From Bacteriovorax sp. (GTDB lineage Bacteria > Bdellovibrionota > Bacteriovoracia > Bacteriovoracales > Bacteriovoracaceae): a stretch of DNA of 64,000 bases. The position numbers and the translations under genes were made by a program. Below are positions 19,182 through 27,772 of this stretch, piece by piece. The stretch lies in contig JACMNL010000040.1 in assembly GCA_014378525.1 (NCBI GenBank), positions 548 through 64,547 on the forward strand. The letters run 5' to 3'. Within the stretch, counting starts at the first letter, position 1. Every line of letters begins with the position of its first letter. The notes beneath the pieces are model-generated. The model saw only the letters and a list, made by a program, of their open reading frames with translations, was not told where the DNA came from and did not search any database.

Positions 19182-19664
19182 ATGTATTTTTATGATTACA
19201 TACTAGTAATGCTGGGATTCAAAAAGCGGAGTGCTCCTTCCAGAGAAAACTGGATTGAGTACGCCAATTTTCAAAAAGGCCTTCCTTACCGCTTATTCTC
19301 TGATTCAAATTTCTTTTTATTTTTTATGATTTTTATGACTTATTTTATACATGCTTTTGCATTCATCGTTTTTCTTTGCTGCTACTATAGATTTTTATAC
19401 CGGTTTGGAAGAGAGATTGACCGTCATTGCGATAAAGATTTTAATTCACAGACAATGGTCTACGCCATTCAACGACACCACAATCAAATTTTAAAAGAGA
19501 GATTAATGGAAGAGCCCGGCCTCATCGATTGTGTCTATAAGAAGAAATCACTTTTGTACTGGTCCATACACTACAAAAATATTGAAGCACACAGGATCAT
19601 TATACAGCTGATTAAAGAGCGCGTTTTACAAAGAGAAAATAACAAAGGTACAGCTGTACTCTGA
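19182..19664 (+). CDS. Hypothetical membrane protein, possible single ankyrin-like motif
   Basis: Hydrophobic segment at aa 44-68; C-terminal SLLYWSIHYKNIEAHRII. Confidence 0.5.
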   Translation: MYFYDYILVMLGFKKRSAPSRENWIEYANFQKGLPYRLFSDSNFFLFFMIFMTYFIHAFAFIVFLCCYYRFLYRFGREIDRHCDKDFNSQTMVYAIQRHHNQILKERLMEEPGLIDCVYKKKSLLYWSIHYKNIEAHRIIIQLIKERVLQRENNKGTAVL

Positions 19665-19678
19665 AATAATTTTTTTAT

Positions 19679-19708
19679 TAACCTGTGATCTTGCTAGATC
19701 ACAGGTTA
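19679..19708. repeat. Perfect 12-bp inverted repeat
   Basis: TAACCTGTGATC-ttgcta-GATCACAGGTTA, 19 nt before the CLC start. Confidence 0.85.
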
Positions 19709-19727
19709 CTCCAATATACTTAGTCTC

Positions 19728-20954
19728 ATGAACAAATTCCTGAAATTCTTCTTCCTCAGTGTCTTAACAGGAATTTTCGCCGGCATTACTTCATCCATCT
19801 TTCTTCATCTTTTAAAATGGGCCACTGATTTCAGAATCCAGTACATGTCCATCATATGGTGCCTGCCGGTTGCAGGTCTAGCTGTAGGAATACTTTATCA
19901 TTTATACGGTAGAGAAGCTTCCCGTGGAAATAATCTTATTCTCGAGGAAATCCACGATCCGAAAAAAATTCTTCCGCTGGCCATGGCACCGCTAGTATTG
20001 CTGGGAACACTACTCACTCACCTCTTTGGTGGATCTGCAGGTCGGGAAGGTACGGCAGTTCAAATGTCTGCCTCAATCGCAGACAATCTCGGAAAGTTTT
20101 TTAAAGTTGATGCCGATGAAAGAAAAATTTTACTCATGGCCGGGGCGGGGGCAGGTTTTAGCTCTGCTATTGGCGCTCCCATAGCAGGATTTATTTTTGG
20201 TATGGAAGTTATTACAATTGGAAAAATTCGTTTTAATTCCTGGCCGCAATGCCTGGTGGCCGCATTCACAGGTTACTACACCAGTCTGTTTTTAAAAATT
20301 CCGCACTCGCAATATCCGGAAGTAGAAATCCCGGGATTAAAAATAAATATTTTATTCGCTGTTATGATTGCCGGATTAATTTTCGGACTGACTGCTCTGC
20401 TCTTCAGCCGCTTCACTCATTTAATAGAGCACACAACTAAAAGATTTATTAAAACTCCCTACTTCATTCCTTTCGTTGCCGGTTTTGTGATCGTGGGCCT
20501 TTATTATCTGGAAGGAAGCTACAGGTACGCGGGCCTTGGAATTGAATACATCCAGGAATCTCTAACGACTGTTTCATCATTTAAAGATCCTCTTTATAAA
20601 ACATTTTTTAGCGCACTGACTGTTGGCTCTGGTTTTAAAGGTGGGGAATTTGTCCCGTTGGTTTTTATCGGCGCCACTTTAGGAAGTGCACTATCACTCA
20701 TTCTCCCGGCCGCATTTCCTTTTTTAAGTGCTCTGGGTTTTGCTTCAGTTTTTGCGGGAGCATCGAACACTCCACTTGCCTGCGCCTTCATGGCCGCAGA
20801 AATTTTTGGATGGAAAATCTTACCTTATAGTCTACTTGCTTGTTACCTGAGTTATTACTCTTCGGGGCATTCCGGTATTTATCATGCGCAGAATATTTAT
20901 CGCCCTAAACATCATCTGCTGTTCTCACTTCGAGATTTTCTCCAGCGAAAATAA
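19728..20954 (+). CDS. CLC-family anion transporter, CLC-F (fluoride exporter) type
   Basis: GNNLI and GREGT motifs of CLC-F; the third motif reads GEFVP (GEVTP in canonical CLC-F). Confidence 0.85.
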   Translation: MNKFLKFFFLSVLTGIFAGITSSIFLHLLKWATDFRIQYMSIIWCLPVAGLAVGILYHLYGREASRGNNLILEEIHDPKKILPLAMAPLVLLGTLLTHLFGGSAGREGTAVQMSASIADNLGKFFKVDADERKILLMAGAGAGFSSAIGAPIAGFIFGMEVITIGKIRFNSWPQCLVAAFTGYYTSLFLKIPHSQYPEVEIPGLKINILFAVMIAGLIFGLTALLFSRFTHLIEHTTKRFIKTPYFIPFVAGFVIVGLYYLEGSYRYAGLGIEYIQESLTTVSSFKDPLYKTFFSALTVGSGFKGGEFVPLVFIGATLGSALSLILPAAFPFLSALGFASVFAGASNTPLACAFMAAEIFGWKILPYSLLACYLSYYSSGHSGIYHAQNIYRPKHHLLFSLRDFLQRK

Positions 20955-20999
20955 CCAATTAATTCTCTCCGAACTATTTAATGCATATTCCTAAAAATT

Positions 21000-21015
21000 G
21001 GGCGTGCCGTTTGCA
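21000..21015 (+). promoter_or_regulatory. Candidate sigma54 -24/-12 promoter
   Basis: GGGCGTGCCGTTTGCA has GGC...TTGCA at the correct spacing, 51 nt before ATG 21067. Confidence 0.5.
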
Positions 21016-21066
21016 TTAAATTAGTTGCTTGCCGATGTCGCAAACTTTTAACTTAAGGAGACAAAA

Positions 21067-22008
21067 ATGCCCACAACAAAAACAACGACAAATTTAGAGC
21101 CCGTACATGGGCACTCACACCTTTTATGCTGGAGATCAGTCTTCGCAGGAATTTTAATTTCACTTATGTCATACATGCTTCTTTCATCATTAGGTGCAGG
21201 AATTTTAGGACTTGCTTCTCAAGCAGCAATTGAAAATGAATCCGGTGGAATGGCCTTAGCAACTGGAACAGGATTGTGGATGGGAATTTCTGCAGTAGTT
21301 TCCTTATTTGCAGGAAGCTACTTCGCAGTGAGAATTTCTAAAAATATTACTAACAAAGTTGGAACAGCTCACGGACTAGTTGTTGCTTCATCATTCTTCA
21401 TCATCGTAACAGTGATGGCATCGAGTGCAGTTGGTTCCCTTTCAATGGGACTAGGTCACTTAGTTTCTGGAATGGGTCAAGGTGCCGCATCAGTGGGAGC
21501 AAATCCACGTGTGCAGGATACAATTAACAATGTTCTAGGAACATCTGCTTCTTTAAAACAAGATCCAAAAATTGTTTCTGAAGGAATCGCCACAAGACTT
21601 CTTGCAGGTGACGTAGAGTCTGCTAAAGCCTACTACGCCTACCAGTCAGGACAAACAGTTCCTGCAGTTTCAGCAAAAATCGACCGTCTACAAGCTGAGT
21701 TCACAAGAGTAGCTAAAGAAGTTGGTGAAAAAGCTGCAGCAGTTATAGCTGGAACAGGTCTGTCATTATTCGTAACTTTTTTAGTTGGATTTATCGCAGC
21801 TGGAATCGGTGGTCGTGTTGGAGCTCACTCAAATGCAGAAAAACCATTAACAGCAGAAGATGCATACATGGCACCTGTAATGGGGACAACTCATACAACA
21901 ATGTTTGCTAACCAAAGAGGGAGTGCTCTTCCATACGTATTCGGATGGCTTTTAGGTGTACCTGCTTCAATTCTTTTCTTAATCTTCGCTCTTAGAACTG
22001 TATTCTAG
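21067..22008 (+). CDS. Multi-pass membrane protein of unknown function
   Basis: AAGGAG RBS; at least 5 hydrophobic Gly/Ala-rich segments; codon bias typical of highly expressed genes. Confidence 0.8.
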   Translation: MPTTKTTTNLEPVHGHSHLLCWRSVFAGILISLMSYMLLSSLGAGILGLASQAAIENESGGMALATGTGLWMGISAVVSLFAGSYFAVRISKNITNKVGTAHGLVVASSFFIIVTVMASSAVGSLSMGLGHLVSGMGQGAASVGANPRVQDTINNVLGTSASLKQDPKIVSEGIATRLLAGDVESAKAYYAYQSGQTVPAVSAKIDRLQAEFTRVAKEVGEKAAAVIAGTGLSLFVTFLVGFIAAGIGGRVGAHSNAEKPLTAEDAYMAPVMGTTHTTMFANQRGSALPYVFGWLLGVPASILFLIFALRTVF

Positions 22009-22016
22009 ATAAAAAT

Positions 22017-22050
22017 ATCCAGCAGGGTTACCGCCTGCTGGATTTTATTT
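22017..22050 (+). terminator. Rho-independent (probably bidirectional) terminator
   Basis: ATCCAGCAGG-gttaccg-CCTGCTGGAT followed by TTTATTT. Confidence 0.75.
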
Positions 22051-22922
22051 TAAAATTGAAAAAATTGAAAAGGTTCAAAATCCTTAGCGTAATTTCTTAA
22101 CCAAGGACTGTACATTTGAGTGTGATATTTATTTATCGCATGAAGTTTTTTTCTACGATCAAGTACACGAAAACGTAAAAAATCTTTTTGCCATATTTCA
22201 GGATCTTTTCTAAAAATTTTTGGCATCTTTATCTGATCATTGTCCAGATAAGGCCAGAACATTTGCCCAGGTGAATGAACAATTGCTTCATATAATTTCG
22301 GATGAAAAAAACTATCAGCGATAGACACATCTGTAATCGCTTTTTCTACAAATGCCTGAACCGCAGTATGATCGGGATGATTATCGAAACGGCTGGTTGT
22401 GAAAACAGCATCAGGTTTATACTCCTGTAGTATATGTTGAAAATCATCAGTGACATTTTTTTGAGTGTAAGCAGCTTTGTTTCCGGTCCAGCATTCATGA
22501 TAACTTTTTTGGCAGATACCACGATGAGCATAAGTACTGCTGTTTTTTGCATGAGATTTAAAAATTTCTGAAGAATTTTTTGCTTTCAACAAGGAGGTCA
22601 TTAGTTTATCGCCATAACCTAGAAAAATAACATCTTCTTCCTTCAGACCAAGAAATTCCATTGCTCTTACTGTTTCATTTTCACGGATACTTCCATATGT
22701 ACTCCCTAAAATATCACCGTTAGTGACAACAACAACCTTCACCTGAATATTATTTTCAACTGCAGACTCAATTACACCTGCGGCCATTAAAGTTTCATCA
22801 TCAGGATGAGGTGCAAAGATAACTATCGAATGCAGGCCCGGGACTTCCTGAATACGTAAATCTGCAACTGCAGTACCAGAAAGTAATATGAATAACGGAA
22901 GTGATTTTATTAAAACATTCAT
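22050..22922 (-). CDS. Exported PIG-L/LmbE-family deacetylase
   Basis: FAPHPDDE, VVTNGD, RENE, LGYGD, HPDH; signal peptide. Confidence 0.88.
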   Translation of the reverse strand: MNVLIKSLPLFILLSGTAVADLRIQEVPGLHSIVIFAPHPDDETLMAAGVIESAVENNIQVKVVVVTNGDILGSTYGSIRENETVRAMEFLGLKEEDVIFLGYGDKLMTSLLKAKNSSEIFKSHAKNSSTYAHRGICQKSYHECWTGNKAAYTQKNVTDDFQHILQEYKPDAVFTTSRFDNHPDHTAVQAFVEKAITDVSIADSFFHPKLYEAIVHSPGQMFWPYLDNDQIKMPKIFRKDPEIWQKDFLRFRVLDRRKKLHAINKYHTQMYSPWLRNYAKDFEPFQFFQF

Positions 22923-22992
22923 TCGCAGTTCTTATCATGAGAACAACACCACTTCAGTCACACGCCAATGAAACCTGTATTTTTTTCATACA

Positions 22993-23298
22993 CTATCTGT
23001 CTTTTTTTCCAGCTTCACAGGCGGTATAACTTCCAGCGCCACCGGCAAGGTTGTCAGCACAGTTGGCCGAGGCACTTGCAGGCGCAGGGGCAATAACCGC
23101 TGGTAAAATTTGTTTTTTTCTATATTTCGTCGAATGTACGTTTATTGAAACATCTTTCGGGTTTGAACTGTTGCTGTTTTCTTCTTTCTCATTCACATCT
23201 TTCGTGACGCTGGAAGATTTCACATTTGTTTGAGCAAATGATGAAGCTGGCAAAACTAAAGCAGATAATAAAATAAAGTTGAGCGAAAGATTTTTCAT
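22993..23298 (-). CDS. Small exported hypothetical protein
   Basis: Signal peptide ending ASSFA; low-complexity body; 2 Cys. Confidence 0.55.
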   Translation of the reverse strand: MKNLSLNFILLSALVLPASSFAQTNVKSSSVTKDVNEKEENSNSSNPKDVSINVHSTKYRKKQILPAVIAPAPASASANCADNLAGGAGSYTACEAGKKDR

Positions 23299-23400
23299 AG
23301 CTTAATTCCTGTTGTTAAGTTCCTTAAAAACTGAAACTCTTAATCCAGTGTACGCCTCTCCAATCAGAAGTCGATCTGTAAAATTTAACAAACTGAGTCT

Positions 23401-23416
23401 TGGCCCGACTCATGCA
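23401..23416 (+). promoter_or_regulatory. Candidate sigma54 -24/-12 promoter
   Basis: TGGCCCGACTCATGCA lies 42 nt before ATG 23459. Confidence 0.45.
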
Positions 23417-23458
23417 CCTAAAAATTGCTTCGAATATTTTGGGGCAATTGAGGAGTCC

Positions 23459-24739
23459 ATGGCCTTTACACGAAAATCAAAAATTATTCTTGCGACAAGT
23501 CTGATTACGGTTTTTCTATGTGTTCTCATCTTAAATTTAAAATCACCCGGCAAAAGAATTGAACATGTCATTTCTTCCGAAGGCGCACTCGACTCACCTG
23601 TTGTTATGAAATCAATCGGTGAACTTTTAGGTCCGCCTCTTATCCCGGGAAATAAAGTCACCCATCTCGAAAACGGAGATGAAATATTTTCATCGATGCT
23701 CTCTGCGATCAAGTCAGCAAAACAAACGATTACCTTTGAAACTTTTATTTACTGGGAAGGAATCATCGGTGAAAATTTTTCCCATGCCTTAAGTGAAAAA
23801 GCTAAATCAGGTGTAAAAGTTCACATAATCCTGGACTGGATCGGAAGCCGGCGGATGGAGCAGAAATCAATCAATGAAATGATAGAAAGTGGTGTCCAGG
23901 TAAAATATTATCATCAGCTTCGCTGGTACAATGTAACCAGAATTAATAACCGCACTCACAGAAAAATTCTCGTCATCGACGGCCGCATTGGCTTCACTGG
24001 TGGTGTTGGCATCGCTGACGAATGGAGTGGAAATGCCCAGGATAAAAATCACTGGCGCGATTCTCACTTTAAAATACAAGGCCCTGTAGTGAATCAGATG
24101 CAGGCAGCTTTCATGGATAACTGGAACAAGATCAGTGAACAGGTTCTTGACGGAGATAAATATTTTCCGGTCATTTCTAAATCAGGTAATTCAACGGCAC
24201 AGGTTTTTAAAAGTTCACCTGAAGAAGGAAGTGGTAGTGTGAGGCTCATGTACCTCTACTCCATCGTTCACGCGAAAAAAAGTATCCTTATCGCCAACGC
24301 TTACTTTGTCCCCGATTCTTACGTTATAAAACTTTTAATTGAGGCCGCACGTCGTGGAGTTAAAATCGAAGTGATTGTTCCGGGAACTAAAATTGATACG
24401 GCCATCACACGCATGGCCTCAATGGCCACCTGGGGTGAATTACTGGAAGCAGGAATTAATATCTATCAGTATCAACCTACAATGTATCACTGCAAATATA
24501 TGATCGTGGATGATTTGTGGGTCTCAGTGGGTTCTACAAATATGGACAATAGATCTTTCCGTTTAAATGACGAGGCCAACTTAAATATCATCGATAATAA
24601 ATGGGCACATGAAATGGTTGAAACGTTCAGCAAAGATAGGAGTTTATCGGAACAAATGACTCTTGCAGAATGGAATAAGAGGCCATTGTTAAGTAAATTA
24701 CTGGAGCACTTGTCATTTTTATTCAGTAGTCAGATGTAG
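23459..24739 (+). CDS. cls: Cardiolipin synthase (PLD family)
   Basis: Two HKD motifs (RTHRKILVIDG and MYHCKYMIVDD), GSTNMDNRSF; ATG 23459 after GAGGAG. Confidence 0.9.
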   Translation: MAFTRKSKIILATSLITVFLCVLILNLKSPGKRIEHVISSEGALDSPVVMKSIGELLGPPLIPGNKVTHLENGDEIFSSMLSAIKSAKQTITFETFIYWEGIIGENFSHALSEKAKSGVKVHIILDWIGSRRMEQKSINEMIESGVQVKYYHQLRWYNVTRINNRTHRKILVIDGRIGFTGGVGIADEWSGNAQDKNHWRDSHFKIQGPVVNQMQAAFMDNWNKISEQVLDGDKYFPVISKSGNSTAQVFKSSPEEGSGSVRLMYLYSIVHAKKSILIANAYFVPDSYVIKLLIEAARRGVKIEVIVPGTKIDTAITRMASMATWGELLEAGINIYQYQPTMYHCKYMIVDDLWVSVGSTNMDNRSFRLNDEANLNIIDNKWAHEMVETFSKDRSLSEQMTLAEWNKRPLLSKLLEHLSFLFSSQM

Positions 24740-24760
24740 GATTTTCTATTACAAAATACT

Positions 24761-25291
24761 ATGCTTAAGTTTTATATTTTTGTTCTATTTTGTTCATTTG
24801 CACCGCTATGCTCTGCTGCGAACAATCCCAACAATTTTGTTTTTAACAGAGGTTCATGGATTGTCGTTGCCCCTCCTTATGTGAATAAAGATTATTATGA
24901 TCTGGAAATTGGTTTTATCACTGAAAAAATTTTTGAGCGCTGGAACTATAACTACAATGCTTATGTTACAGGGACTGTCTTTGAAGACTGGAAAGATAAG
25001 ACGGACAGATACCGCGCAGGAGCTCTGGGATTTAAAGCAGGAATTATAGTTCCGACTAATCCATGGGTACCACTGCTTTTTTCAATTTCGGCCGGATATG
25101 CGAAGGCCGTCTTAAATAGAAATCCATTGATAGGAAATGAAAGCCAGAATGCCGCAAAAAATACTATGCTGCTTGCTGAAGCAGGCCTTATGTACAAGGT
25201 TGATAAATATTTTCTGCGTTTTGCTTATCAACAGTCAAATGTAAAATACTTCACAAGACATACTCTCCTTGCCCTGGGAGTAAGTTATTAA
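24761..25291 (+). CDS. Probable outer-membrane beta-barrel protein
   Basis: Signal peptide, aromatic-rich beta-strands, ends LGVSY. Confidence 0.6.
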   Translation: MLKFYIFVLFCSFAPLCSAANNPNNFVFNRGSWIVVAPPYVNKDYYDLEIGFITEKIFERWNYNYNAYVTGTVFEDWKDKTDRYRAGALGFKAGIIVPTNPWVPLLFSISAGYAKAVLNRNPLIGNESQNAAKNTMLLAEAGLMYKVDKYFLRFAYQQSNVKYFTRHTLLALGVSY

Positions 25292-25295
25292 TAAA

Positions 25296-26288
25296 ATGTT
25301 TTTGCCATTTTTATTTTTAGTCTCATTCAATGCTTTTTCTCAGACAGAAGCAGTAGATGTAACCTCTCCTCCCCTCGATGAGCAGTCAACGACATCTCAG
25401 GTTCTCACTAAAGAAGCTGACATGACCAATAAATTTATTGCGACGAAATGGGATCTAATAAACCGCTCCGTTGATACATTTTTTACCAACGAAGGAAATA
25501 TTTCCGAACAAAATAAAAGCAGTGTGTATGCTTACACCAGTTTTACCAAGAGTGAAGGAAATAAAATTTCTTCTGAATTCGACTTTCAGGTAAAATTTGA
25601 TTTTCCCAACACTACCAAAAATTTAAAAATCGTCATTGAAAAACAAAATGATGATATCGCCGATGCATTAAGTGATAATGCTGTTTCAAATAACAAGACC
25701 ATTACCCAGGACGGTAAAACCGTCACGACAAGAAACACTCACTACACAGCTGGTGCAAACTACTTTCTTAACCGTTCAAAATATTTTGTAAGTTTTATTC
25801 ATATTGGTTTCAGACTTGATCTTCCACTCAATCCCAATATGAAACTCGATCTGGAAAAAATTTACAAGTTTCGTTACATCGACATAGGCCTTTTACAAAA
25901 ATTCATTTTGTACCGCCAGGAAGGTTTTCAGGAAATCTCCCAGCTCTCACTTGGAAAAAAACTAAACTCATGGCTGCAGGCCGATTTTGTACACTCTCTG
26001 GTTTACACAGATGAGACGGACCATTTTGTTTTAAGACATAACCTGGTGGTCACTCAGGACCTTGGTAGAGAACGTACGTTAAGTTATTCAGTGGGTGCCA
26101 ACGCTCAGTTGTCTCCGGTTTATAATTATGACAGTTACGATGCTTCTATCAGTTACAGGCAGCTGGTCTATAATAAATGGCTTTATGGATCTCTGGCCGT
26201 AGGTGCTAACTTTGCAAAGTCCGATCATTTTGATGATGAAAAATTTGTACAAATACGATTTGACATCTTCTTCCAGAAAGAACATTAA
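25296..26288 (+). CDS. Probable outer-membrane beta-barrel protein
   Basis: Signal peptide; alternating beta-strand pattern in the C-terminal two-thirds; co-oriented with cls. Confidence 0.6.
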   Translation: MFLPFLFLVSFNAFSQTEAVDVTSPPLDEQSTTSQVLTKEADMTNKFIATKWDLINRSVDTFFTNEGNISEQNKSSVYAYTSFTKSEGNKISSEFDFQVKFDFPNTTKNLKIVIEKQNDDIADALSDNAVSNNKTITQDGKTVTTRNTHYTAGANYFLNRSKYFVSFIHIGFRLDLPLNPNMKLDLEKIYKFRYIDIGLLQKFILYRQEGFQEISQLSLGKKLNSWLQADFVHSLVYTDETDHFVLRHNLVVTQDLGRERTLSYSVGANAQLSPVYNYDSYDASISYRQLVYNKWLYGSLAVGANFAKSDHFDDEKFVQIRFDIFFQKEH

Positions 26289-26376
26289 AAAAAATTCATC
26301 TCAAATCTGTGGTTATCCCTAAATTTTTTTGATTATAATGAGAAATTATTATTTTTAATTTTTGCAGGATACACAT

Positions 26377-26916
26377 ATGGAAGAAATCGAAGTCCCCCTG
26401 GAATCAAGTCAGGAACACATTCACGGTCACGCTCACCACGAAGGCGGATGGGTTGCAAAGGTGGCCTTATCTACTGCGCTTATTGCCGTAATCGCGGCCA
26501 TCGCTGCTCTTATGGCCGGACATCATTCCAACGAAGCATTGATCTCACAGATCCAGTCTTCAGATTCATGGTCTCACTATCAATCTAAAAGCATCAAAGC
26601 GACGATTGTTAATATGAAAAATGATATTCTTCAGGAAATGGGAAAACCCGCTAAAGCTGAAGACCTGGAAAAATCCGGTGAGTATAAAAAAGAGCAGGCC
26701 GAGATTGCGGAAAAAGCAAAAGAGAAATCGGAAGAATCTGAATTGCATCTTCGCGCTCATGTAACGTTAGCAAAAGCAGTAACACTCTTTCAAATTTCAA
26801 TCGCCATCTCGGCCATTGCAGTTTTAACCCGCAGAAAACCATTCTGGTATGTTAGCCTCGGTTTTGCGGGATTCGGTGTGTACTTCTTCCTTTTTGGGTG
26901 GCTGTTCATAAAATAA
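26377..26916 (+). CDS. DUF4337-family membrane protein
   Basis: VALSTALIAVIAAIAAL, SDSWSHYQSKSIK, AVTLFQISIAISAIAVLTRRK. Confidence 0.8.
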   Translation: MEEIEVPLESSQEHIHGHAHHEGGWVAKVALSTALIAVIAAIAALMAGHHSNEALISQIQSSDSWSHYQSKSIKATIVNMKNDILQEMGKPAKAEDLEKSGEYKKEQAEIAEKAKEKSEESELHLRAHVTLAKAVTLFQISIAISAIAVLTRRKPFWYVSLGFAGFGVYFFLFGWLFIK

Positions 26917-27041
26917 ATACCTTAGCAAACCTTTCTTATGACTCACATAGGAAAAAATGATGTTTTTTACGCAGGATTAAATAAAAATTATTAACTATTT
27001 GTTGACCCATTATTTTTAATTCGTATAGCCTAATATAAACA

Positions 27042-27341
27042 ATGGGAAATGATATGGATAATAATCAGATGAAAGTTTTAGTAACAGACAGCGATGAAAA
27101 CTTTTTAAAAGTGGCCAATGCAAAACTTGCGGCAAGAGGATTTGATGTCCATACCAGCTCTAGTGCCGGAGAGACAATTGAAATACTAAAAGTTATAGGT
27201 TTCGATTCATTATTAATCAATATTGCCAAGGCCGATGAAAGAGAAAGTCTTATGGAATTTTTAGATACTCTGGAAGTAAAACCAGTAATTCTTTTTTCCA
27301 ATAAACATTTTGAGACTGAACATACATCAATGCTTAAATAA
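27042..27341 (+). CDS. Truncated, degenerate receiver-domain protein
   Basis: KVLVTDSD..LAARGFDV..LLINI: Asn sits at the phospho-Asp position, and beta5/alpha5 are missing. Confidence 0.6.
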   Translation: MGNDMDNNQMKVLVTDSDENFLKVANAKLAARGFDVHTSSSAGETIEILKVIGFDSLLINIAKADERESLMEFLDTLEVKPVILFSNKHFETEHTSMLK

Positions 27342-27346
27342 AAAAA

Positions 27347-27374
27347 TGCCCCTTCATCGCACAACGAAGGGGCA
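27347..27374. terminator. Bidirectional terminator
   Basis: TGCCCCTTC...GAAGGGGCA between convergent genes. Confidence 0.7.
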
Positions 27375-27383
27375 ATCAATTTA

Positions 27384-27653
27384 TTATGCCGGCCCGTGAG
27401 AATAGATTTTTTCCGGGTCGATTAAACTTTGAACTTTTTTATCTTTCTCATTAATGCGAAATTTTCCGCGTCCAATACTTAAGTTCTGCTGAACTCGTAC
27501 ATCGCGGTTGCTAAGCGTCCAGCATTCGCGTGATTCATCTATAAAAACAACCCAATATAAATCGTGTTCCATCCCGTAATCGATGAGAAAAGTTGCAAGT
27601 CCCGGTCCTTTCGGTGTGTCCATTGGTATCTGTGGATTTAATTGTGTAATCAT
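27384..27653 (-). CDS. Small conserved hypothetical protein (phage-like family)
   Basis: ATG 27653 after GGAGG; MITQLNPQIPMDTPKGPG..FLIDYG.EHDLYWVVF..ECWT..N..VR.Q.N..IGR. Confidence 0.65.
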   Translation of the reverse strand: MITQLNPQIPMDTPKGPGLATFLIDYGMEHDLYWVVFIDESRECWTLSNRDVRVQQNLSIGRGKFRINEKDKKVQSLIDPEKIYSHGPA

Positions 27654-27772
27654 ACGGCCTCCTGAAAAAGATATTGCAGGCCCGAGGCCGAAATATGGCA
27701 TTTCTTGCATATTATTATTTAGTAAATCGTGTTCTACTTATGTATTGCTATATCGGTTACGCCCGGAGAATT

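Noticed and set aside
19665-19727. Fluoride riboswitch before the CLC gene; CRP site TGTGA..TCACA
   Set aside because: No crcB-motif consensus is visible, and the TGTGA/TCACA spacer is 10 bp rather than 6.
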